Shown here piece by piece: positions 51,501 to 63,499 of a stretch of DNA of 64,000 bases. Source of the DNA: Eledone cirrhosa (Eukaryota); NCBI GenBank assembly GCA_964016885.1, contig OZ024742.1, positions 365,862,001-365,926,000 of the forward strand. Direction: 5' to 3'. The notes beneath the pieces were generated by a model that ran no database searches, was not told where the DNA came from, and saw only the letters and a program-made list of their open reading frames with translations. How positions within the stretch are numbered: position 1 is the first letter of the stretch; the number at the start of each line of letters is the position of its first letter. A program made the translations under genes and the position numbers.

Positions 51501-54500
51501 GTATATATATACTGTGGTGGTGGTGTGGTGTATATATACTGTGGTGGTGGTGTGGTGTATATATATACTGTGGTGGTGGTGGTGTGGTGTATATATACTG
51601 TGGTGGTGGTGTGGTGTATATATACTGTGGTGGTGGTGTGGTGTATATATATACTGTGGTGGTGGTGTGGTGTATATATATACTGTGGTGGTGGTGTGGT
51701 GTATATATATACTGTGGTGGGTGTGGTGTATATATACTGTGGTGGTGGTGTGGTGTATATATACTGTGGTGGTGGTGTGGTGTATATATATACTGTGGTG
51801 GTGGTGTGGTGTATATATATACTGTGGGGTGGTGTGGTGTATATATACTGTGGTGGTGTGGTGTATATATATACTGTGGTGGTGGTGTGGTGTATATATA
51901 CTGTGGTGGTGGTGTGATGTATATATATACTGTGGTGGTGGTGTGGTGTATATATACTGTGGTGGTGGTGTGGTGTATATATATACTGTGGTGGTGGTGT
52001 GGTGTATATATACTGTGGTGGTGGTGTGGTGTATATATATACTGTGGTGGTGGGTGTGGTGTATATATATACTGTGGTGGTGGTGTGTGTATATATACTG
52101 TGGTGGTGGTGTGGTGTATATATATACTGTGGTGGTGGTGTGGTGTATATATATACTGTGGTGGTGTGGTGTATATATACTGTGGTGGTGTGTGGTGTAT
52201 ATATATACTGTGGTGGGTGTGGTGTATATATACTGTGGTGGTGGTGTGGTGTATATATATACTGTGGTGGTGGTGTGGTGTATATATACTGTGGTGGTGG
52301 TGTGGTGTATATATATACTGTGGTGGTGGTGTGGTGTATATATATACTGTGGTGTGTGTGGTGTATATATATACTGTGGTGGTGGTGTGGTGTATATATA
52401 TACTGTGGTGGTGTGTGGTGTATATATATACTGTGGTGGTGGTTCGTGTGGTGTATATATACTGTGGTGGTGGTGTGGTGTATATATATACTGTGGTGGT
52501 GGTGTGGTGTATATATATACTGTGGTGGTGTGGTGTATATATATACTGTGGTGGTGGTGTGGTGTATATATATACTGTGGTGGTGTGGTGTATATATATA
52601 CTGTGGTGGTGGTGTGGTGTATATATACTGTGGTGGTGGTGTGGTGTATATATACTGTGGTGGTGGTGTATATATATACTGTGGTGGTGGTGTGGTGTAT
52701 ATATATACTGTGGTGGTGGTGTGGTGTATATATACTGTGGTGGTGGTGTGGTGTATATATATACTGTGGTGGTGGTGTGGTGTATATATATACTGTGGTG
52801 GTGGTGTGGTGTATATATACTGTGGTGGTGGTGTGGTGTATATATACTGTGGTGGTGTGGTGTATATATATACGGTGGTGGTGGTGTGGTGTATATATAT
52901 ACTGTGGTGGTGGTGTGGTGTATATATACTGTGGTGGTGGTGTGGTGTATATATACTGTGGTGGTGGTGTGGTGTATATATACTGTGGTGGTGGTGTGGT
53001 GTATATATATACTGTGGTGGTGGTGTGGTATATATATACTGTGGTGGTGTGGTGTATATATATACTGTGGTGGTGGTGTGGTGTATATATATACTGTGGT
53101 GGTGGTGTGGTGTATATATATACTGTGGTGGTGGTGTGGTGTATATATACTGTGGTGGTGGTGTGGTGTATATATATACTGTGGTGGTGGTGTGGTGTAT
53201 ATATACTGTGGTGGTGGTGTGGTGTATATATATATACTGTGGTGGTGGTGTGGTGTATATATATACTGTGGTGGTGGTGGTGTGTATATATACTGTGGTG
53301 GTGGTGTGGTGTATATATATGTGTGGTGGTGTGGTGTATATATATACTGTGGTGGTGGGTGTGGTGTATATATACTGTGGTGGTGGTGTGGTGTATATAT
53401 ACTGTGGTGGTGGGTGTGGTGTATATATATAGTGTGGTGGTGGTGTGGTGTATATATATACTGTGGTGGTGGTGTGATGTATATATATACTGTGGTGGTG
53501 GTGTGATGTATATATATACTGTGGTGGTGGTGTGGTGTATATATATAGTGTGGTGGTGGTGTGGTTGTATATATATACTGTGGTGGTGGTGTGATGTATA
53601 TATATACTGTGGTGGTGGTGTGGTGTATATATATACTGTGGTGGTGGTGTGGTGTATATATACTGTGGTGGTGGTGTGGTGTATATATATACTGTGGTGG
53701 TGGTGTGGTGTATATATATACTGTGGTGGTGGTGTGATGTATATATATACTGTGGTGGTGGTGTGGTGTATATATATACTGCTGGTGGTGGTGTGGTGTA
53801 TATATACTGTGGTGGGTGGTGTGGTGTATATATATACTGTGGTGGTGTGGTGTATATATATACTGTGGTGGTGGTGTGGTGTATATATATACTGTGGTGG
53901 TGGTGTGGTGTATATATACTGTGGTGGTGGTGTGGTGTATATATATATACTGTGGTGGTGGTGTGGTATATATATACTGTGGTGGTGTGGTGTATATATA
54001 TACTGTGGTGGTGGTGTGGTGTATATATACTGTGGTGGTGGTGTGGTGTATATATACCGTGGTTGGTGGTGTGGTGTATATATATACTGTGGTGGTGGTG
54101 TGGTGTATATATATACTGTGGTGGTGGTGGGGTGTATATATACTGTGGTGGTGGTGTGGTGTATATATATACTGTGGTGGTGGTGTGGTGTATATATACT
54201 GTGGTGGTGGTGTGGTGTATATATACTGTGGTGGTGGTGTGGTGTATATATACTGTGGTGGTTGTGTGGTGTATATATATACTGTGGTGGTGGTGTGGTG
54301 TATATATATACTGTGGTGGTGGTGTGGTGTATATATATACTGTGGTGGTGGTGTGGTGTATATATATACTGTGGTGGTGGTGTGGTGCATATATATACTG
54401 TGGTGGTGGTCTGGTGTATATATACTGTGGTGGTGGTGTGGTGTATATATATACTGTGATGGTGGTGTGGTGTATATATATACTGTGGTGGTGGTGTGGT

Positions 54501-57500
54501 GTATATATATACTGTGGTGGTGGTGTGGTGTATATATATACCGTGGTGGTGGTGGGGTGTATATATATACGGTGGTGGTGGTGTGGTGTATATATACTGT
54601 GGTGGTGGTGTGGTGTATATATATATAGTGTGGTGGTGGTGTGGTGTATATATATACTGTGGTGGTGGTGTGGTGCATACATACTGTGGTGGTGGTGTGG
54701 TGTATATATACTGTGGTGGTGGTGTGGTGTATATATACTGTGGTGGTGGTGTGGTGTGTATATATAGTGTGGTGGTGGTGTGGTGTATATATATACTGTG
54801 GTGGTGGTGTGGTGTATATATACTGTGGTGGTGGTGTGGTGTGTATATATAGTGTGGTGGTGGTGTGGTGTATATATATACTGTGGTGGTGGTGTGGTGT
54901 ATATATACTGTGGTGGTGGTGTGGTGTATATATATAGTGTGGTTGTGGTGTGGTGTATATATATACTGTGGTGGTGGTGTGGTGTATATATACTGTGGTG
55001 GTGGTGTGGTGTGTATATATACTGTGGTGGTGGTGTGGTGTATATATATACTGTGGTGGTGTGGTGTATATATATACTGTGGTGGTGGTGTGGTGTATAT
55101 ATATACTGTGGTGGTTGTGTGGTGTATATATATACTGTGGTGGTGGTGTGGTGTATATATATACTGTGGTGGTGGTGTGGTGTATATATACTGTGGTGGT
55201 GGTGTGGTGTATATATATATACTGTGGTGGTGGTGTGGTGTATATATACTGTGGTGGTGGTGTGGTGTATATATATACGGTGGTGGTGGTGTGGTGTATA
55301 TATACTGTGGTGGTGGTGTGGTGTTTATATATACTGTGGTGGTGGTGTGGTGTATATATATACTGTGGTGGTGGTGTGGTGTATATATACTGTGGTGGTG
55401 GTGTGGTGTATATATATACTGTGGTGGTGGTGTGGTGTATATATATACTGTGGTGGTGGTGTGGTGTATATATACTGTGGTGGTGGTGTGGTGTATACAT
55501 ACTGTGGTGGTGGTGGTGTGGTGTATATATATACTGTGGTGGTGGTGTGGTGTATATATACTGTGGTGGTGGTGTGGTGTATATATATACTGTGGTGGTG
55601 GTGTGGTGTATATATACTGTGGTGGTGGTGTGGTGTATACATACTGTGGTGGTGGTGGTGTGGTGTATATATATAGTGTGGTGGTGGTGTGGTGTATATA
55701 TACTGTGGTGGTGGTGGGGTGTATATATATACTGTGGTGGTGGTGTGGTGTATATATACTGTGGTGGTTGTGTGGTGTGTATATATAGTGTGGTGGTGGT
55801 GTGGTGTATATATATACTGTGGTGGTGGTGTGGTGTATATATACTGTGGTGGTGGTGTGGTGTGTATATATACTGTGGTAGTGGTGTGGTGTATATATAC
55901 TGTGGTGGTGGTGTGGTGTATATATACTGTGGTGGTGGTGTGGTGTATATATATACTGTGGTGGTGGTGTGGTGTATATATATACTGTGGTGGTGGTGTG
56001 GTGTGTATATATAGTGTGGTGGTGGTGTGGTGTATATATACCGTGGTGGTGGTGTGGTGTATATATATACTGTGGTGGTGGTGTGGTGTATATATATACT
56101 GTGGTGGTTGTGTGGTGTATATATATACTGTGGTGGTGGTGTGGTGTATATATATACTGTGGTGGTGGTGTGGTGTGTATATATAGTGTGGTGGTGGTGT
56201 GGTGTATATATATACTGTGGTGGTGGTGTGGTGTGTATATATAGTGTGGTGGTGGTGTGGTGTATATATATACTGTGGTGGTGGTGTGGTGTATATATAC
56301 TGTGGTGGGGGTGTGGTGTATATATACTGTGGTGGTGGTGTGGTGTATATATACTGTGGTGGTGGTGTGGTGTATATATATACTGTGGTGGTGGTGTGGT
56401 GTATATATATACTGTGGTGGTGGTGTGGTGTATATATACTGTGGTGGTGGTGTGGTGTATATATACTGTGGTGGTGGTGTGGTGTATATATACTGTGGTG
56501 GTGGTGTGGTGTATATATACTGTGGTGGTGGTGTGGTGTATATATATACTGTGGTGGTGGTGTGGTGTATATATACTGTGGTGGTGGTGTGGTGTATATA
56601 TACTGTGGCCGTGGTGTGGTGTGTATATATACTGTGGTGGTGGTGTGGTGTATATATACTGTGGTGGTGGTGTGGTGTATATATATACTGTGGTGGTGGT
56701 GTGGTGTATATATACTGTGGTCGTGGTGTGGTGTGTATATATACTGTGGTGGTGGTGTGGTGTATATATACTGTGGTGGTGGTGTGGTGTATATATATAC
56801 TGTGGTGGTGGTGTGGTGTATATATACTGTGGTGGTGGTGTGGTGTATACATACTGTGGTGGTGGTGTGGTGTATATATATACTGTGGTGGTGGTCTGGT
56901 GTATATATATAGTGTGGTGGTGGTGTGGTGTATATATATACTGTGGTGGTGGTGTGGTGTGTATATATACTGTGGTGGTGGTGTGGTGTATATATACTGT
57001 AGTGTATATACACAGTGGTGTGTATATACTGAGGTGTATATATACTGTAGTGTATATACACAGTGGTGTATATTTACTGTGGTGTATATATATACTGTGG
57101 TGTATATATACTGTGGTGTATATATATTGTGGTGTATATATATACTGTGGTGTATATATACTGTGGTGTATATATATTGTGGTGTATATATAATGTGGTG
57201 GTGTGGTGTATATATACCGTGGTGTATATATACTGTGGTGTATATATACTGTCGTGTATATATACTGTGGTGTATATATACTGTGGTGTATATATACTGT
57301 GGTGTATATATACTGTAGTGTATATACACAGTGGTGTATATATTCTGAGGTGTATATATACTGTAGTGTATATACACAGTGGTGTATATATACTGTGGTG
57401 TATATACACAGTGGTGTATATACACAGTGGTGTATATATACTGTGGTGTATATATACTGTGGTGTATATATACTGTGGTGTATATATACTGTAGTGTATA

Positions 57501-57575
57501 TATACTGTGGTGTATATATACTGTGGTGTATATACACAGTGGTGTATATATACTGTGGTGTATATATACTGTGTA
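45550..57575. repeat. 27/29-bp compound satellite CTGTGGTGGTGGTGTGGTG(TA)4-5, changing to a 16-bp unit after ~57000
   Basis: Directly visible; length variants arise in the GGT and TA sub-repeats. Confidence 0.98.
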
Positions 57576-57709
57576 CAATGGTGTATATATGAGAAGTAAT
57601 GTGTATATATGTAATAGTGTATATATGAGAATAGAGTATTATATGGAATATAGCAGCCGAGGTTTTGTTGGATGTTGATGTAAAGTGTTAAATAGGTGTA
57701 AATCTTTGA

Positions 57710-58338
57710 TGGAGATGTAGGGTCACGTGGTGGAGATGTAGGGTCACGTGGTGGAGATGTAGGGTCACGTGGTGGAGATGTAGGGTCACGTGGTGGAAAT
57801 GTAGGGTCACGTGGTGGTGATGTAGGTTCACCGTGGTGAAGATGTAGGGTCACCGTGGTGGAGATGTAGGGTCACCGTGGTGGAGATGTGCGGTCACCGT
57901 AGGGTGATGTAGGGTCACCGTAGGGAGATGTGGGGTCACCGTAGGGAGATGTAAGGTCACCGTGGTGGAGATGTAGGTTCACCGTGGTAGAGATGTAGGG
58001 TCACCGTGGTGGAGATGTAAGGTCACCGTGGTGGAGATGTAGGGTCACCGTAGGGAGATGTAGGATCACCGTAGGGAGATGTAGGGTCACCGTGGTGGAG
58101 ATGTGGGGTCACCGTAGGGAGATGTAAGGTCACCGTGGTGGAGATGTAGGTTCACCGTGGTGGAGATGTAGGGTCACCGTAGGGATATGTAAGGTCACCG
58201 TGGTGGAGATGTAGGGTCACACCGTGGTGGAGATGTAGGGTCACCGTGGTGGAGATGTAGGATCACCGTGGTGGAGATGTAGCGACACCGTAGGGAGATG
58301 TAGGATCACCGTAGGGAGATATAGGGTCACCGTGATGG
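57710..58338. repeat. 21/22-bp minisatellite GTGGAGATGTAGGGTCACCGTG
   Basis: Roughly 28-29 copies; the first few lack one C (21 bp). Confidence 0.96.
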
Positions 58339-58396
58339 TATGAGGGCGGCATATCTTGAACAATCAAACCTGTCAGACGACAGACGGTGTCTTTAA

Positions 58397-58398
<2 letters not shown>

Positions 58399-58488
<90 letters not shown>

Positions 58489-58493
58489 GAGAG
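58399..58493. repeat. (GA)n microsatellite
   Basis: Directly visible. Confidence 0.98.
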
Positions 58494-58616
58494 GGAATGG
58501 AAGGAGAGAGAGAGGGGTGGGGGAGAGGGAAAGAAAGAGAGGAACAAAGAAAGAGACAGTGGGCGAAAGAGAAGACTCCAGTACTGAATTGGTTTTGTAT
58601 CGATATCAAATTTTAC

Positions 58617-58701
58617 CTGCGGTGTATTTGAACGATTGTATATAGCGAAGTATCTGTAATCAGCTGACTTCGAGCCCCATCTAGTTGTTACAATTGAATA
58701 G
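58617..58701 (-). CDS. Putative internal exon (YSIVTTRWGSKSADYRYFAIYNRSNTPQ)
   Basis: Acceptor CTTCTTCTCTCTTGCATAAATCGCAG|, donor CAG|GTAAAA; 85 bp; only one frame open, ending in phase 0. Confidence 0.42.
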
Positions 58702-59559
58702 CTGCGATTTATGCAAGAGAGAAGAAGCCTAGCATTGCACAGGTGTCTAAGAAGGTAACAAAATATCTTGAAAAAGCATAGAATTTGTTCCGACTCTTTA
58801 TGTTTTGAGTTCAAATTCTGTTGTCACTTATTTGGTTGGTGACATTAAATAATTGATCTGGTTTAATCCCACCACCAGGAATCTGGAGGACTTCAGTAGA
58901 GTGTACCCTGTTGCACATATTTGGACCAAGTCTCCGGTTTGATAATATATTCCTTATTTCCTATTTCCAGTTAGAGTGATCCTGGAAAATATCATAGACA
59001 CCCTCGTGTCTCTATCTAGCTCCCTATATCTCTCTATCTCTCTGATTAAACTGTAAAAATATAAGCAAAGGTACTAACAAGTTCATTGATATTTTAATAT
59101 ACCTGGAAATAAAGATATATTTCTATGGCTTTCTCAGCAAAACGTAAAAATCTGAAGAGTCGCATTGGAATGATAAAGCATCGTATAATTTCTGTGTGAA
59201 ACTTATTTAGAAAGAATATTAAAAGAATATATTCAAATATTTTCTGGGTAAATCTAAAAACTGAAAAAAAAAAACCCAGATAAGATGTTTATAGCAAAGA
59301 TGGTGGAACTGGAGTGTTACAAAGTTAAAAGGAAGAAGAAAAAATGGAAATTAGGGGGAAAAAGTGTAAAAGGACGTTGAAGAAATTTAGAGAATGAAAG
59401 AGAAGTTGTCACAGAATTCTTTGTGAATATTCTGGAAACATCTTATGGGAATTGAAAGTAATCTAAGAAATTAGACTTGTGTGGTATGATTGGTTTAATA
59501 TGTGGAGTGGTGGAAATTGTCTAACAAATCGCCTTTACTAAAGTCTCCTTAATGTGTAT

Positions 59560-59825
59560 ATAGTGGTGGTGGAATGGGTAATGATGGTGGTGGTGGAAGT
59601 AGTGGTGGTGGTAGGGGTAGTAATGGTGGTGGTGGCTAATGGTGGTGTGTGTAGTAGTGGTGGTGTGGAAGTAGTGTTGGTGGAGGGGTTTGTGGTAGAA
59701 GAGGTGGAGGGGTGAAAGTAGAAGTGGTAGTACAAATGGTGGTTTTAGTGGCGGGTGCAGTGATGGTGTTGGTGACGGAAGGTTGGTTATGGTGGTGAGG
59801 TTATGTGTCGGTTGTGCTGATGGTA
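59560..59825. repeat. Degenerate (GGT)n low-complexity tract
   Basis: Directly visible. Confidence 0.8.
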
Positions 59826-60296
59826 ATAGTCATATATAAATAAACAGCCCATTTATTCTGAGGATATGTTGGAGAGAATTAGATTGCACTGTGTCTTATG
59901 TTCTCATCTCCAGGTATTTTTTTCTATTATCTTTTATTGTCTCCTACTCTCATTCGATTTACCTATACTATAACCTCCCTCCTCCAGTCCATACACTATC
60001 CTTAGAATCTGCTGTATACATATCAATTTCAACGCTTCACCGCTCCACTATCTCCTATTGTTCTACAGGCAAGTTCAGCCACCCCTACCTTCCACCAAAT
60101 GCCACGATAGACTTATTTGTGTTTACAACAAATTTTAACCAATCCTCTTGACAACTACAATCTTCCCATATAAGGAAGTACCCCCGCTGACAAGTTCGGG
60201 TATTTATTCACCAGGCTCAAAATTCTAATTTAGCCCAGAAATAGCCGTCGAAACGGCTTGAGCTCTGCCGTCGGGGTCATACTGTTTCCCTATATA

Positions 60297-60516
60297 TATT
60301 TATTAAAATAACAGATTAAAGTTTAAGCAAAGAATCGGTGCTTTCACCCTTAACGGGATCTTCAGAAGATCCCGTTAAGGGTGAAAGCACCGATTCTTTG
60401 CTTAAACTTTAATCTGTTATTTTAATAAATAATTTGCTATACGGTTCTTATATATTTGATATATATTTATCCCTATCGAGCCCTCTTTGGATTTTAGTCT
60501 TCACATGTATTATTAT

Positions 60517-60519
<3 letters not shown>
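60297..60519 (+). mobile_element. Fold-back element: perfect 67-bp arms around one base (60364) plus tail, between TA tracts, with a partial hammerhead
   Basis: 60297-60363 is the exact reverse complement of 60365-60431. The minus strand reads CUGAAGA-UCCC-GUUAA-GGGU-GAAA. Tail 60432-60519 runs into (TA)n. Confidence 0.7.
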
Positions 60520-60566
<47 letters not shown>

Positions 60567-60571
<5 letters not shown>

Positions 60572-61908
60572 GCACGGCAAGGATGTAATAGAGGAGCAGT
60601 TCACCCATTTATGCAATGTGGTTTGGCAAGAAGAGGAGGTGCCGGAGGACTGGGGAAATGGAGTGATTGTGCCACTACCGAAGAAGGGCTGTCTCAGCGA
60701 GCGACTGCAACAACTGGAGAGGGATCACGTTGCTATCAGTGCCAGGGAAGGTATTCTGCACAGTCATCCTGAACCGGCTGAGAGCAGAAGTAGATCGTCA
60801 TCTTCGAGACGAACAGGCTGGCTTCCGCAGTGGAAGGTCTTGTTCAGAGCAGATCTTCACTCCGAAATATCATTGAACAATGTCCGGAGTTCCACAAGTC
60901 CCTTGTTGTCCTACATTGACTTCAGGAGAGCTTTCGACAGTGTTCATCGGGAGTCATTGTGGAATATTATAAGACTCTACGGTGTCCCAGAGAAATATAT
61001 TAACATCTTCAGGTCGCTGTACCGACATTTTAGGTGCTGTGTTAGGACAAAGGATGGAAACACGGAAATGTTTGACATCTTGGCGGGTGTTCGACAAGGC
61101 TGCATCCTTTCGCCTTTCCTTTTCCTCGTTGTCATCGATTTCATCATGAAGAAGACAATGAGTGACCCTCGTTTTGGCATCAGTTGGGATGGAAGGAGTT
61201 TAAGCGACCTGGACTTTGCCGATGACATCGCAGTAATAGGCCATTCCCGAGAAGACCTGCAAGAGATGACAAACGTTCTAAATGACAATGTAGAGAAAGT
61301 TGGCCTGCGCATCAGTTGTGAAAAAACCAAGACCATGTCGACAGGTGACCCTCCAAATCCTCCCATCATGGTTGGTCAGCGTAACATTGAATGTGTAAAC
61401 CACTTCCAATACCTTGGCAACAACATCTCTGACGATGGGGATGCTGAGGTGGATGTGCGCACAAGGCTGGGAAAAGCAGCGGCGGTCTTCCAGCGACTCC
61501 GTCCGGTATGGTCCAGGTGTTCCATCGGCAACGCCGTCAAATTCCGTGTTTAGATGTCCATTGTAGTACCAACAGCGATATATGCCTGTGAGACATGGAA
61601 GAGTACGGAAAGTGTATGTAACAAGCTTGATGTATTCCACCGTTGTTGCATTCGGACCATATTGAAAATTTCATGGAGAGACCAAGTTAGCAACGAGGAA
61701 GTGATGAGGAGGTCAGGATTGGAGAGGTTAAGGGACATTGTCCGGAAAAGGAGACGGCGGTTCGCGGGCTACATCCTTCGTTTGCCGGCAGATCGACCTG
61801 CTCATATTGTCATGGATTGGGTACCAGAAGGTGGCAGGAGAAAACGGTGAAGGCCACGAAATACATAGTGGAGCACATTCAGTGAGGACCTGCGGGAGAT
61901 GGGAATTA

Positions 61909-61910
<2 letters not shown>
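60567..61910 (+). mobile_element. RTE-clade LINE reverse transcriptase fragment (pseudogenised)
   Basis: Motifs IVPLPKKG, CNNWRGITLLS, EQAGFRSGRSC, IDFRRAFDSVHR, GVRQGCILSP, DLDFADD, FQYLG; frameshifts near 60690 and 60860-60900; stops at 61551 and 61848. Confidence 0.9.
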
Positions 61911-61957
<47 letters not shown>

Positions 61958-62110
61958 TTAATATCGTGAGAGAGTAGAGGTTTAAAGGGATAAGCGATAC
62001 ATATAGTTAGTTGCCAAAAGCTGGTGCATTTGTGCTCAATACTAGTGCCTACAGGGTGCTTTTGTGTAAACATGTTCTAACAGTCTATGTTCTCCTTTGT
62101 AATCCTTTCA

Positions 62111-62151
<41 letters not shown>

Positions 62152-62220
62152 ATACTTGGGGAGGGTCATATTGTTGTAATAATATTGCCAGAATTAATAA
62201 CATAACACACTCATATATAT

Positions 62221-62668
62221 ACTAGACCTGAAAAGTGCGCAAGCCCAAAAGAGCTACAGAATGATATAATGAACCTTCAAAAGTGTGGGACTAGAGTTGC
62301 TGCCCAAACATATTGTAATCATTATCTATCGTACATTCTGTGGCATGCTTTTATAAAAAAAAAAGACTCATAACGAACTCAAGAGGACACAATCATTATT
62401 TAAGCTAGTGTTCAATATCTCATATTAGATGTTTAGTAATGATTAATACGAAATGGACTTAAACCGAATTCTATATTATAAATTCACTTAAATAATTATC
62501 ATGTCGTCTTGAGTTCATTATGAGTCTCTCTTTTATAAAAGGATGCCACAGAGTGTACGATAGATAATGATTACAATATTTTTGAGCAACAACTCTAGTC
62601 CCACACTTTTGAAGGTTTATTATAACATTCTATGGCTCTTTGGAGCTTGCGCATTTTTCAGGTCTAGT
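62221..62668. mobile_element. MITE-like element with ~185-bp imperfect terminal inverted repeats
   Basis: Termini ACTAGACCTGAAAA...TTTTCAGGTCTAGT; arms align along their length with scattered mismatches; AT-rich spacer; no ORF. Confidence 0.75.
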
Positions 62669-63135
62669 TTAATATTTTTTTAAGGCAACGCTTGTAATAA
62701 CTCTAGTTAATATATATTAATAATAAATATAAATATATATTAATAATAAATTATCGTTGTAATGTAATTAGATTATATAATTGTTATTTTATAAATGATC
62801 TTATAAATATTATTGTAAGATGTATAAAATATTTTCAGACTTTTAATATAAACAACTACAAAAAACAATCAATATTAAATTAATATATTTTACATAATAA
62901 TTGTTATAGTTGAATTAATAAAAATTAAATATTACATACAAATAGTCTAACATAATAATAACAAAATAATCTAACATAATAATAATAAAATAATCTACCA
63001 TAAAACGAACAATAATATGGACAAATATACAAGTAAATATGATACAACCAATATTATAAACATGTTATAACGAACTGAAAAAAAATAGTTAATATAAATT
63101 TTAAAAATCTTATATAAATTAACAATATAACTTAC

Positions 63136-63300
63136 CAAAACGAGAAAAATATTTTGATGATAAACGACGAAATACAGGAGGAAGATTAGAAAGCGAAACG
63201 ATAAATAAACGTGCAAACAAAATGGCGGATGCTTTTGAGCAACAATTACTCTCGTTAGTTGATTAGCCAATAAGACGATGAAATTAGCCAATAAGACGAT
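63136..63300 (-). promoter_or_regulatory. Probable Pol II promoter and non-coding first exon
   Basis: Two identical 18-bp CCAAT-box repeats ATTAGCCAATAAGACGAT (63262-63279, 63283-63300); YY1-like CCGCCATTTT on the minus strand (63219-63228); perfect donor TTG|GTAAGT at 63136/63135. Confidence 0.5.
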
Positions 63301-63499
63301 ACATTACAAAACATGTTTGCAGGGATCACGACGGCCAGCGACACCCACTGATTTTTTTATTCACAAGCTACGCATATATGTCAGACACGCAGACTTAAAA
63401 TATTCTGTTCTTAGTCACTGCGTGTCTAACAGATATATAAATAAAAATGAGGTTTTTATTAAAATGAAAAAAAAAAGAGATGCCCTACACGAGTGAAAG

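Noticed and set aside
45257-57853. Very long ORFs (up to 2643 aa) on both strands
   Set aside because: By-products of a stop-poor satellite; open in nearly all frames and some cross the N gap.
15333-58338. Telomeric repeat array
   Set aside because: No (TTAGGG)n; only isolated GGGTTAG variants.
58263-58631. ER/SL-repeat ORFs
   Set aside because: Translations of the (GA)n tract and the 22-bp minisatellite.
59151-59215. CTGAAGAG...GAAAC hammerhead-like words
   Set aside because: No stem I or II pairing and no proper cleavage triplet; the region may instead be a very old R4-like remnant, too weak to call.
58900-60290. Additional minus-strand coding exons for the putative host gene
   Set aside because: Acceptor-like sites near 59051 and 59103 and a donor near 60211 exist, but none gave a stop-free, phase-compatible exon with a convincing donor.
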